Source: Clostridia bacterium (lineage in GTDB: Bacteria; Bacillota; Clostridia; UMGS1883; UMGS1540). Taken from it: a stretch of DNA of 43,404 bases. Below the pieces are notes generated by a model, which made no database searches, was not told where the DNA came from, and saw nothing but the letters and a program-made list of their open reading frames with translations. Positions 16,387 through 25,112 of the stretch are shown here, in pieces. Numbering within the stretch: position 1 is the first letter of the stretch; the number at the start of each line of letters is the position of its first letter. Location: assembly GCA_045578225.1 (NCBI GenBank), contig JAZNJV010000022.1, forward strand, positions 1 to 43,404, in the 5' to 3' direction. The translations under genes were made by a program, and so were the position numbers.

Positions 16387-17487
16387 ATGCGAAAAAGAAT
16401 ATTTTGTATGCTTCTGGCAGTGCTTTTTATACTGCCTGCAGGCTGTAAAAACAAAGGAAATACGGGCGGTGAGGATGTTTCCTATAAAATCGCCGTGGTG
16501 ACGGGAAGCGAAAAAATGGGCGAGGCGATTTATGCCGCCCGAAAGCTTTCGGAAAATGCAGAAATCATAACGCGCACGTATTCGGACAGTTTGTCGAGCG
16601 AGGAAACGGTTTCTATTTGTACGAAGCTTTCGGAAGACCCGCTTGTGCGTGCGATTGTGTTCGTCCGCGCCATCTCGGGGATTGACGAGGCGGCCAAAAA
16701 GGTAAAAGAAGCAAGACCCGATATTTTGTTTATCGCAGGCGCCAAAACGGAGGATGCCGGCTTTGTAGCGCAAACGGCCGATATTGTTTTAACGGAAAAT
16801 ACGGTCGAAATGGGCCGTGAAATCGTAAACGAAGCGTACCGCATGGGCGCGAAGAAATTTATCCATTATACCTTTGCGCGCCATCTACTCCGCGAGCCTG
16901 TGCTTCGCCGCCGCGAGGTAATGGTGCAAAGATGCGAAGAACTCGGCATAAGCTTTATGGATATCACAACGCCTGACCCGCAGAACGCGGAAGGGGGCGT
17001 AGAAGAAGCGAAAACGTTTATCCGCGAGGATGTTCCGGAGCAGGTGGGAAACTACGGGGCAAACACCGCTTTTTATGCGACGGATTGCACCATCGCCGCA
17101 GAGCTTATTAAGACCGTTATGGAATGTGGGGCACTTTATCCCCAGCCGTGCTGTCCTTCGCCGTTCCACGGCTTTACGGAGGCACTCGGGGTTTCTGCCG
17201 GTGCCTATGATGAACCCGAGCGCGTTCTTTCCGAGGTGGCACAGGGCATCACTCCGTACGGCAACACCGGCCACATGGCCACATGGCCCGTATCGGCTGA
17301 AATTTTAATGGTGGAAGTAGGCGTTTCCTACGCCAGAGCGTATGCCGAAGGCGAAATCGGCAAAGAACTCGAAAAAGAAAAGCTTCTTTCGATTTTTGCC
17401 GAAAAATCGGGCGGTCGCGCCACGCTTGCAGAGATGGCGCACGCGAAAAACTGCTTCCTCTTCCTGTGCGAGCCGTATATGCTCTAA
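16387..17487 (+). CDS. Lipoprotein, periplasmic-binding-protein-like (DUF3798-type)
   Basis: Start at ATG 16387 (MRKRIFCMLLAVLFILPAGC; lipobox LPAGC). Later motifs RPDILFIAG, GAKKFIHYTFARH and PQPCCPSPFHGF match my recollection of DUF3798 proteins. Confidence 0.65.
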   Translation: MRKRIFCMLLAVLFILPAGCKNKGNTGGEDVSYKIAVVTGSEKMGEAIYAARKLSENAEIITRTYSDSLSSEETVSICTKLSEDPLVRAIVFVRAISGIDEAAKKVKEARPDILFIAGAKTEDAGFVAQTADIVLTENTVEMGREIVNEAYRMGAKKFIHYTFARHLLREPVLRRREVMVQRCEELGISFMDITTPDPQNAEGGVEEAKTFIREDVPEQVGNYGANTAFYATDCTIAAELIKTVMECGALYPQPCCPSPFHGFTEALGVSAGAYDEPERVLSEVAQGITPYGNTGHMATWPVSAEILMVEVGVSYARAYAEGEIGKELEKEKLLSIFAEKSGGRATLAEMAHAKNCFLFLCEPYML

Positions 17488-17543
17488 AAAAGCCTCCCTG
17501 TATAAAAGGGGAGCCTTTTGGATAAGGCTGTAAGGAGAACAGA

Positions 17544-18341
17544 ATGATTATAAAAAAAGAAAAAAACGGCGTGCCTTTTTATGCGCCGTTTTCAGAATTT
17601 TCGTTTTGTGCCGCCGCGATTACCACACGCGCGGGCGGCGTATCGCGTGAGCACCTCGCCTCTTTAAATCTCGGCACACGCTGCGGCGATAGCGAGGAAA
17701 ACGTACGCGAAAATTTAAAAAGAGTAGCGGAGGCGGTAGGATTTTCCCCCGAAAAAACCGTACTCACAAACCAAAAGCACACGGAAACTGTGCGCCGCGT
17801 ATATGAAAAAGACGGCGGCACAGGCATACGGTCTCCCCGCTTTTCAGAGGGGGTAGACGCCCTTATTACAGACGAAATCGGCCTTCCTCTTCTTGCGTAT
17901 TTTGCCGACTGCGTGCCCGTTTTATTTTGTGATACGGGGACGCACGCCGTAGGCGTTTGCCATAGCGGCTGGCGCGGCACCGTCGCGAAAATTGCGGGAA
18001 ATGTCGTGCAAAAAATGCGGGAGGAATTCGGCACAAAACCCGAAAATGTATGCGCCGTAATCGGCCCGCACATCGGGAAATGCTGTTTTGAGGTTGACGA
18101 GCCGGTATATCGCGAATTTTTGGCGGCGTTCCCAAGCGACGGCGGCTTTTCCGCGCGCCGGGGCGAGAAATATCATATTGACCTTGCGGCCGCCATTTAT
18201 AAAACGCTTCAGAATGCGGGTGTGGGGCAGATTGAAAGCATGGAAAACTGCACCGCATGCGAGAGCGAGACGTTCTTCTCGCACCGCAAAACAGGCGGAC
18301 GGCGCGGCTGCTTTGGTGCCGTCATCGTCAGAAAGGAATAG
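17544..18341 (+). CDS. pgeF: YfiH/PgeF-family (DUF152) purine nucleoside phosphorylase / peptidoglycan editing factor
   Basis: 265 aa with TTRAGGVS, the FADCVPV motif, CHSGWRGT and FFSHR at the C-terminus. Confidence 0.85.
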   Translation: MIIKKEKNGVPFYAPFSEFSFCAAAITTRAGGVSREHLASLNLGTRCGDSEENVRENLKRVAEAVGFSPEKTVLTNQKHTETVRRVYEKDGGTGIRSPRFSEGVDALITDEIGLPLLAYFADCVPVLFCDTGTHAVGVCHSGWRGTVAKIAGNVVQKMREEFGTKPENVCAVIGPHIGKCCFEVDEPVYREFLAAFPSDGGFSARRGEKYHIDLAAAIYKTLQNAGVGQIESMENCTACESETFFSHRKTGGRRGCFGAVIVRKE

Positions 18342-18350
18342 GAAAGCGGA

Positions 18351-19883
18351 ATGCGAAAAATTCTTTGTATCGTTTTAGTGCTTGCCCTTTGCGGCTGCCA
18401 CGGCACATCTTCTCCTGCAGATGGCGGCGAGAAGCTCACAGGCGATTTTACGCTGGCCATGCGAACGCCCGAAAGCCTTGACCCCCTCCGCGCCACGGAG
18501 GAGACGGCGGCGCTCGTGTTTGACCTTGTATATGATAGCCTCGTGTATGTAGACCGCGAGATGCGCCCCGTACCCTACCTTGCGGAAAGCTGCACGATTT
18601 CTGAGGACGGGATGACAATTTCCTTCGCCCTGCATGACGGAATTCTCTGGCACGACGGCGCGGCCTTTACCGCGGCGGACGTGGAGCACACCATCGGGCG
18701 CATTCGGTCACTTGGGGAAGACTCGATGTACTATGACCGCATTTCCTATATCGAAGCGGTCACCGTTTCCGATTTATTGCACTTTTCGGTGAAGCTTACA
18801 AAGCCGCATGTTACGGTTTTAAATCTGCTTGATTTTCCCATCGTGCCCTGCCACCGAGGGGATTTGGATACCACTATGGTCGGCACGGGGCAATATAAGC
18901 TGGAAGCGTATACCCCGAATAAAAATATGACGCTACTAAAAAACGAAGGCTGGGCCCTTTCCGATCCGCCTGCGATGGAGCGCATTTACGTAAAAATGGT
19001 ACAGCGTGCAGAGGATGCGACAAGCCTTGTAAAAATCGGCGAGGTGACGGCGGTAGCGGCCAATATGCGCACAATCGGCGGCCTCGGCATTGGCGAAAAT
19101 ATGAAAATTACGCACTATCCCACGCTCGAATACGAATTTGTAGGCTTTAATATGGAGAACCGCCACCTTGTATCCGACAAGGTGCGCCACGCCATCTCAC
19201 TCGCTCTCGACCGCGCCAAAATCATTGAGGACGTATTCCTCGGCTACGGCAGCGCCGCCACGGTGCCCGTGCCGCCTACGTCGTACCTGTACGTCGGGGA
19301 AGCCGATAAAACGGCGAGAAATATAGAGGAAGCACGTGCCAATCTTTTTGCGGAAGGGTACGTGATTGAAGAGGGCAAGGCGCGCAAAATGCTTGCGGAG
19401 GCGGAAGAAATTACGCTTTCCCTGTCGCTTCTCGTAAACGAAGAAAATGAGGAGCGCAAAAAGGCGGCGGAATGTATACGGCGGGACCTTTCTGAAATCG
19501 GCATTTCGATAGACATTGTAACGCTTCCGTTTTCCGAGTACCTTACAAGGCTTTCGGAAGGTGCGTTTGATATGTACGTGGGCGGTTGCCGCTTTTCGGC
19601 CGACCTTGATTTTTCCTTCCTCCTCGGCGCCGCGGCGCCGATCCAAAACGGATATTCCTCGGAGGAACTGGACGCCGCAATGCGCCTGATAGACCCCCAA
19701 AAGACGGATGAAACCATCCGTGCGGCGTACATCGCGTTTCAGGAGGTTTTCCTTCGCGATATGCCCATTACAGGTCTTTGCTTTTTAGACGGGGCACTGG
19801 TACACTCTGCCTCGCTTTGCGGCATCGAAAATCCTGCCGCCTCGAAATTATACAGAAATATAGGCAAATGGTATCTTGCATAG
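18351..19883 (+). CDS. ABC-transporter family-5 (peptide/nickel, OppA-like) solute-binding lipoprotein
   Basis: 510 aa with lipobox LALCGC and SBP_bac_5-like motifs (DPLRATEE..., LVYVDREMRPVPYLAESCTISEDGMTISFALHDGILWHDG). Confidence 0.8.
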   Translation: MRKILCIVLVLALCGCHGTSSPADGGEKLTGDFTLAMRTPESLDPLRATEETAALVFDLVYDSLVYVDREMRPVPYLAESCTISEDGMTISFALHDGILWHDGAAFTAADVEHTIGRIRSLGEDSMYYDRISYIEAVTVSDLLHFSVKLTKPHVTVLNLLDFPIVPCHRGDLDTTMVGTGQYKLEAYTPNKNMTLLKNEGWALSDPPAMERIYVKMVQRAEDATSLVKIGEVTAVAANMRTIGGLGIGENMKITHYPTLEYEFVGFNMENRHLVSDKVRHAISLALDRAKIIEDVFLGYGSAATVPVPPTSYLYVGEADKTARNIEEARANLFAEGYVIEEGKARKMLAEAEEITLSLSLLVNEENEERKKAAECIRRDLSEIGISIDIVTLPFSEYLTRLSEGAFDMYVGGCRFSADLDFSFLLGAAAPIQNGYSSEELDAAMRLIDPQKTDETIRAAYIAFQEVFLRDMPITGLCFLDGALVHSASLCGIENPAASKLYRNIGKWYLA

Positions 19884-19898
19884 AAAGGAACAAAAGAA

Positions 19899-21131
19899 AT
19901 GAAAAACGTATTTGTGCCGGCAGACATTCTTCTGCCGAAAACAGAAGATTGGGAGAAGTGGAGCGTGGTCGCGTGCGACCAGTACACTTCTGAGCCCGAG
20001 TACTGGGAAGAGGTAGAAAAATTTGTAGGCGATGCTCCTTCCACCTTGCGCCTGACGCTTCCTGAAATCTATCTCGAAAGTGAAGAAGCAGGGGCGCGCA
20101 TCGAAAAAATCGGGGAAGCGATGGCGGCGTACGAGAGCGAAATGACGCTCCTTCCCCATAGCTTTATCTATGTAGAGAGAACCATTGGCGAGGGGAAATG
20201 CCGCCGCGGCATTGTGGGCGCGGTGGACCTTGCATGTTATAACTACGAAAAGGGCGCAAAATCCCCCATCCGCGCTACGGAAGGCACGGTAATCGAAAGA
20301 ATTCCGCCGCGCCTTCGCGTACGAGAAGGCGCTACGATGGAGCTGCCGCACGTTATGATTTTAATTGACGACCGTGCGAAAACTGTGATTGAGCCTCTTT
20401 CTGAGAAAAAGGGCGAAGTGCTGTATGACTTTGACCTTATGATGGGCGGCGGGCATATAAAAGGCTACCGCGTGCCTGACGCGGAGGCCGAAAGAATTCG
20501 GGAAGCCATCGCAAAGCTTGGGGAAGACTTCTGCGCGCGCACGGGCGAGGAAGACCCGTTCGTTCTTGCGATGGGTGACGGAAACCACTCCCTCGCCACC
20601 GCAAAGGCATACTACGAAAACTTGAAAAAGACGCTCTCGCCCGAGGAAGCGGCGGTGCATCCTGCAAGATACGCGCTTGCGGAAATCGTAAATCTTTACG
20701 ATGATTCCCTCGTATTCGAGCCGATTCACCGCGTGGTGTTCGGCGTAGACCCCGAGAAGCTTCTTGCAGATTTTGCCGCATTTTGCAAAGAAAACGAAGG
20801 CGAGAATGCGCCCGAGGAAATTCCCTATTACTACGAGGGTGGCGAAGGCGTTTTGAAAATTGAAAAACCCGTATCTCCGCTCGCCGTCGGCACGCTGCAG
20901 CGTTTTCTCGATGAAAAGGGCATTAAAACCGACTATATTCATGGCGACGAAGTCACCAAAAGACTTGGGCGCGAAAAAGGGAACATGGGCTTCCTTCTGC
21001 CGCCGATGGAGAAAACAGCGCTTTTTGACACAGTAGAGAAAGACGGCGTTTTGCCGCGCAAAACCTTCTCGATGGGTGAAGCGAACGAAAAACGCTTCTA
21101 TCTGGAAGCCAGGAAAATTGTAAAGGACTAA
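19899..21131 (+). CDS. DUF1015 family protein
   Basis: 410 aa. The N-terminus FVPADILLP...WSVVACDQYTSEPEYW and the motifs IRATEGTVIERIPPRL and GDGNHSLATAK are typical of DUF1015. Confidence 0.75.
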   Translation: MKNVFVPADILLPKTEDWEKWSVVACDQYTSEPEYWEEVEKFVGDAPSTLRLTLPEIYLESEEAGARIEKIGEAMAAYESEMTLLPHSFIYVERTIGEGKCRRGIVGAVDLACYNYEKGAKSPIRATEGTVIERIPPRLRVREGATMELPHVMILIDDRAKTVIEPLSEKKGEVLYDFDLMMGGGHIKGYRVPDAEAERIREAIAKLGEDFCARTGEEDPFVLAMGDGNHSLATAKAYYENLKKTLSPEEAAVHPARYALAEIVNLYDDSLVFEPIHRVVFGVDPEKLLADFAAFCKENEGENAPEEIPYYYEGGEGVLKIEKPVSPLAVGTLQRFLDEKGIKTDYIHGDEVTKRLGREKGNMGFLLPPMEKTALFDTVEKDGVLPRKTFSMGEANEKRFYLEARKIVKD

Positions 21132-21135
21132 ACAT

Positions 21136-22029
21136 ATGTCATTTGCATCGGATATTAAAACAGAGCTGCTCGAAGCCGAGTTCGGGAAGCCGTGCTGCAT
21201 ACGGGCCGAGCTTTGCGCCCTCGTATGCTTTTCAGGCGCGGTGCTTCCGCCCTACCGCGTTCGCATTTCTACGGAAAACGCGGCCGTGGCGCGGCGGGGA
21301 TATTCCCTCATAAAAGAATATACGGGCATTTCGGGTGAGATTGTCACGCGGAAGGTGCGCGGCAAAAGCATGTATACCATTGAAATCGAAAAGGAGGAGG
21401 ACGGCCTTCACCTTTTATCGGAGCTTGGTCTTCTTTCGAGAAACGGCATTTCATTTCGCGCAAGCGAGACGGAGGAGGCATGCTGCCGAAGAGCCTTTCT
21501 TCGCGGCGCGTTCCTTGGCGGCGGCACCGTGGCAAACCCCGAAAAGGAATACCATATGGAAATCACAACGCCAAGGAAAGGCCTTTCGGAAGACGTGGTT
21601 TCGATGTTTTCGTCCTTTGGCCTTGCGGCCCGCACGTGCCTTCGAAAGACAAATTACGTGGTCTATTTTAAAAGCAGCGAGGAAATCGGCGATGCGTTAA
21701 ATATTATCGGCGCGCCGATGGCGTATATGGAATTTACATCCGTTCGTATTTTGAAGGAGCGGCGAAACCATATAAACCGCCGTGTGAATTGCGATTCGGC
21801 AAACCTCGACAAAACGATAGACGCAGGGCAGGCGCAGCTTGCGGCCATCCGCCGCCTTTCCGAGTGCGGAAGGCTCGCGTCACTCCCCGATTCTCTTCGC
21901 GAGGCCGCCGAGGCACGCCTCGCAAATCCCGAGGCTACGCTTTCCGAGCTTGCCGCGCTTTTAAAAATCAGCAAATCGGGCGCGGCCCATCGCATGCGAA
22001 AGCTACTTGAAATTTCCAAAACGCTTTAA
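21136..22029 (+). CDS. whiA: DNA-binding sporulation/cell-division regulator WhiA
   Basis: 297 aa with SFASDIKTEL...CCIRAEL, LAGLIDADG-like repeats and a C-terminal HTH (LSELAALLKISKSGAAHRMRKL). Confidence 0.9.
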   Translation: MSFASDIKTELLEAEFGKPCCIRAELCALVCFSGAVLPPYRVRISTENAAVARRGYSLIKEYTGISGEIVTRKVRGKSMYTIEIEKEEDGLHLLSELGLLSRNGISFRASETEEACCRRAFLRGAFLGGGTVANPEKEYHMEITTPRKGLSEDVVSMFSSFGLAARTCLRKTNYVVYFKSSEEIGDALNIIGAPMAYMEFTSVRILKERRNHINRRVNCDSANLDKTIDAGQAQLAAIRRLSECGRLASLPDSLREAAEARLANPEATLSELAALLKISKSGAAHRMRKLLEISKTL

Positions 22030-22075
22030 GAATACTTGTCTCCCCCCTCGCATATGGTAAAAGGGGGGTGAAAGT

Positions 22076-22291
22076 ATGCGAAAAAGAAAACCTGCGCCGA
22101 AACCCAAAAAACAAGAACAGGCAAAAAAACCGCGCCGCAAGGGATTTTGGCTTCGCGCGGGGCTTGCGGCCCTCCTGTTTTTTGGCGCCGTTTACATACG
22201 CGACAATGTGGAGGGGGCACAAGAATATCTGGAAAGGTGCCTTACAGAGTCTGTCAATATAGAAAAATTTCTGGAATATAAAGGACTGTAA
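22076..22291 (+). CDS. Small basic single-pass membrane protein, unknown function
   Basis: 71 aa with a strong RBS (AGGGGGGTGA). A Lys/Arg-rich N-terminus precedes one TM helix (FWLRAGLAALLFFGAVY). Confidence 0.5.
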   Translation: MRKRKPAPKPKKQEQAKKPRRKGFWLRAGLAALLFFGAVYIRDNVEGAQEYLERCLTESVNIEKFLEYKGL

Positions 22292-22313
22292 CCTTGCGTT
22301 ACAGTCCTTTTTC
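22281..22313. terminator. Bidirectional terminator between convergent genes
   Basis: aaggactgtaac / cttgc / gttacagtcctt gives a 12-bp stem followed by TTTT. It overlaps both stop codons. Confidence 0.75.
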
Positions 22314-24704
22314 TTCTAAAATAGATTTTACTTTTTCTTCATAGAGAGCGGCAAGCTCCGCGGCGTATTCTTCGCTTGCGGCGTGGGCTACAATGCGGCA
22401 GGCCGCCCGCTCGCCGTCAGGAATAATAAAGACCCAGCCGTTTTCCTCGCGAATGCGGGCGCCGCCCTCGTCACCGCCTACGGAAATGGGCGAGAAAGCA
22501 CGCATAATGCGGCCCTTTTGGTTTTGGGCACAGGCAACGGTGCGCCGCCGCGTGGAAAAGGGAGGCACCATGTCGCCTATCGCGGCAAGCGGTCTATTTT
22601 CGCGCGCCAGAAAATCGAGAAGGAGAATCGAGGCCCCCACCGCATCAAACGAGAGTACGTGTTGCACTTCGCTCGAAAAGTCGCCGCGCGCTGAAAGCGC
22701 CGCGGAAAGAGAAGCGGGAGAGTCCTCCGTTCTCGATACGTGTGCGCCGAGCGCGCGCGCCATCTCCTCGAAAACGGAAGAGGCCGAGGCGCGAACAAAA
22801 ATATGCGCGTTTTCAAATCGGCGCATCACCAAAAGGGCAAAAACGGCATCGCGCATATCGGAGGAGAGCATGCGCCCGCGCCCGTCAAAAAGGGTGAAAG
22901 ATTCCGAAAGCGCATCGAAAATCGCGCCAAATGCAAAGCCTTCGCGCGCCGTTTTCTGCATGAAGGCCGTACGCGCTTCGCCCGCGCGCGGCGCTTCTTC
23001 AAAAACGACAGAAAAGCCTTTTCGGCGCGCCGCTTCCTCTAAAATGGGCCGCGTAAGCGGCGGCGCGGAGACGAGAATGCGAAGTCCTTTTAAAGAAACC
23101 GTATCTTTTAAAATGTGATGGAGATAGACGCTCGTAAAATCTTCTATTTTTTGCGGCTTTTTCATGTTGTCAGGGGTTGTGGGTGCAAAATCCTCCCGCA
23201 GATAGAGCGTGTGCAGGCGCCGCGCCTCGCTTTCCGAAAGGGCGATGCCGCACTTGCCCATACACACCAAAACGCCCTCTCCGCCCTCTGTCGCAACGTG
23301 TATCGCGCCGGAAAGCGCGTACGTCTCGGTACTAAAGCGTGCCGCGGGGAGAGAAAGGGTCCCGAAATCAAACACCTCGCATCCCACCGATAAAAGTCCC
23401 GCCAAAACGCCCTCGCGCAGCATGTGCGCCGCAGGCGTGCCGTCCGAGGAAAGGCCGCAGCGCCCCCCAAGAAGTGTTCCAAAAGCGCCGCCCGCGCGCG
23501 CCGATGCAGCGGGCGTAAGGTCTGTGCCGATGTGGCCTACAAGACCTCGCTCCGTAAATAAATCGGGCAGCGCCGCATGCCCCCAAACGAGGCTCTCCGA
23601 TACAATTTCGCCTTCGCCGACGGCTTTCCCCGGCCATACGCGCACCCCGGGGCGCACCACAGCGCCGCTTCCTATGCGGCTTCCTTCCCCGATAACCGAC
23701 TGCTCATAAAGACTTGCCCCTTCCCCCACATGGGCGTGTGCGCATACAATACTGCCGCGAATTTGCGCGTTTCTCGATATGGAAACGCCGCCAAATAAAA
23801 TGCTTCGTTTGACGGAAGCCCCCTCCTCAATCACGCATCCGTCGCCAACAGAGGTGAAGGCCTCAATATGCGCGCCGCTTTTTACGTGCGCGTTTTTCCC
23901 AAGGAACACGGGCGGCGAAATGTGCGCGCCGCGCTCGAGCTTCGCTCCTTCCTCGGCATAGACCCCTTTTTCAAGGCGGCAGCCTTCGATAGGAATATTC
24001 GTTTTGCCCGCGAGAATGTCATACTGGGCATGGCGATACGCATCAAGGTCCCCAATGTCGCACCAAAAGCCGTCCGCGGTGTAGCCGTAAAGCGCGCGCC
24101 CTGTCTCGAGTAGCCGCGGAAAAAGGTCCTTTGAAAAATCAAGCGGCAGCTTGTCGGAGAGCGAGAGAACGGAAGGGTTTAAAAGGTAAATGCCTGTATT
24201 TACCGTGTCACTTAAAACGCGCCCCCACGAAGGCTTTTCGAGAAAACGGGTGATACGCCCCTCATCATCCGTTACCACAACGCCGTACTCGAGCGGAATG
24301 TCCATGCGATGAAGAAGAAGGCTCGCCTCCGCGCCGCGTGCGCGGTGGAAGGCGAGGAAGGCGGAAAGGTCCACATCCGTTATCGCATCGCCGCATAAAA
24401 CGAGGAAGTCCCCGTCAATAAAATCCCCTGTATTTTTCACGCTGCCTGCCGTGCCGAGCGGCGTATCCTCGAGAAAATACGTAATGCGAACGCCGAAAGA
24501 GGTGCCGTCGCCAAAATACGAGCGGATGGCCTCGGGCATATAGCCGAGCGTGATGCCGATGTCATAAAAGCCGTGCTTTTTTAAAAGCCGGATGGCGTAT
24601 TCGAGCACAGGGCGGCCGAGGATGGGCGCCATCGGCTTTGGAAGGGATGCGGTGAGAGGACGAAGGCGCGTGCCCTCGCCGCCTGCGAGGATGATTGCTT
24701 TCAT
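22299..24704 (-). CDS. Sugar-1-phosphate nucleotidyltransferase (NTP_transferase + left-handed beta-helix) fused to a phosphomannomutase/phosphoglucomutase-like domain
   Basis: 801 aa. N-terminal LAGGEGTRLRPLT is followed by hexapeptide repeats at aa 255-365. The C-terminal ~415 aa has PGM/PMM-like domain order, but the catalytic motifs are not recognisable. Confidence 0.8.
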   Translation of the reverse strand: MKAIILAGGEGTRLRPLTASLPKPMAPILGRPVLEYAIRLLKKHGFYDIGITLGYMPEAIRSYFGDGTSFGVRITYFLEDTPLGTAGSVKNTGDFIDGDFLVLCGDAITDVDLSAFLAFHRARGAEASLLLHRMDIPLEYGVVVTDDEGRITRFLEKPSWGRVLSDTVNTGIYLLNPSVLSLSDKLPLDFSKDLFPRLLETGRALYGYTADGFWCDIGDLDAYRHAQYDILAGKTNIPIEGCRLEKGVYAEEGAKLERGAHISPPVFLGKNAHVKSGAHIEAFTSVGDGCVIEEGASVKRSILFGGVSISRNAQIRGSIVCAHAHVGEGASLYEQSVIGEGSRIGSGAVVRPGVRVWPGKAVGEGEIVSESLVWGHAALPDLFTERGLVGHIGTDLTPAASARAGGAFGTLLGGRCGLSSDGTPAAHMLREGVLAGLLSVGCEVFDFGTLSLPAARFSTETYALSGAIHVATEGGEGVLVCMGKCGIALSESEARRLHTLYLREDFAPTTPDNMKKPQKIEDFTSVYLHHILKDTVSLKGLRILVSAPPLTRPILEEAARRKGFSVVFEEAPRAGEARTAFMQKTAREGFAFGAIFDALSESFTLFDGRGRMLSSDMRDAVFALLVMRRFENAHIFVRASASSVFEEMARALGAHVSRTEDSPASLSAALSARGDFSSEVQHVLSFDAVGASILLLDFLARENRPLAAIGDMVPPFSTRRRTVACAQNQKGRIMRAFSPISVGGDEGGARIREENGWVFIIPDGERAACRIVAHAASEEYAAELAALYEEKVKSILEEKGL

Positions 24705-24718
24705 GTGCGTATTTCTCC

Positions 24719-25099
24719 TTAAAAAATATTGTATAGGGAAAGCGCCTCGCGCTTTGGGATGTGGGAAATGAGAGAGCGAAGGGTTTCGAGGGAGGCGAGG
24801 AGCTCCGGCCCTTCGTGCGTTGCGGCATAGCCTTTCGCCTCGGCGGCTTCGAGCATAATGTCATCGAGAAGAGAGTGGTCTGTAAAAAGCGCAAGGCGCG
24901 GCGACACCTTCTCCCAAGAACCTGAAAAGTGCTTCATTTTTGTATTCACCTCGGAAAAATCCTCGGCATGGGCGGAGGAAATCAGCCCGTCAATTTCAGA
25001 AATCAACGCATCGCTTTGGCGCGTAAGATACGAAGAGTACGCAACGAGGCTTCCTAAAATCGCGAGAAGAAGCAGAAGAGAAAAGAAAACCGTACGCAT
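24719..25099 (-). CDS. DUF4363 family small membrane-anchored protein
   Basis: Start at M56 of the long ORF (MRTVFFSLLLLLAILG...). The C-terminal HIPKREALSLYNIF is typical of DUF4363. It is paired with the upstream DUF421 gene. Confidence 0.7.
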   Translation of the reverse strand: MRTVFFSLLLLLAILGSLVAYSSYLTRQSDALISEIDGLISSAHAEDFSEVNTKMKHFSGSWEKVSPRLALFTDHSLLDDIMLEAAEAKGYAATHEGPELLASLETLRSLISHIPKREALSLYNIF

Positions 25100-25112
25100 A
25101 TAAAAATTCTCC

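Noticed and set aside
17488-17543. Weak hairpin (ctccc...gggag followed by ccttttgg) after the DUF3798 gene as an internal terminator.
   Set aside because: The stem is only 5 bp with a mismatch-flanked extension and a poor U-tract. It more likely attenuates weakly or does nothing, so the downstream genes are treated as the same operon.
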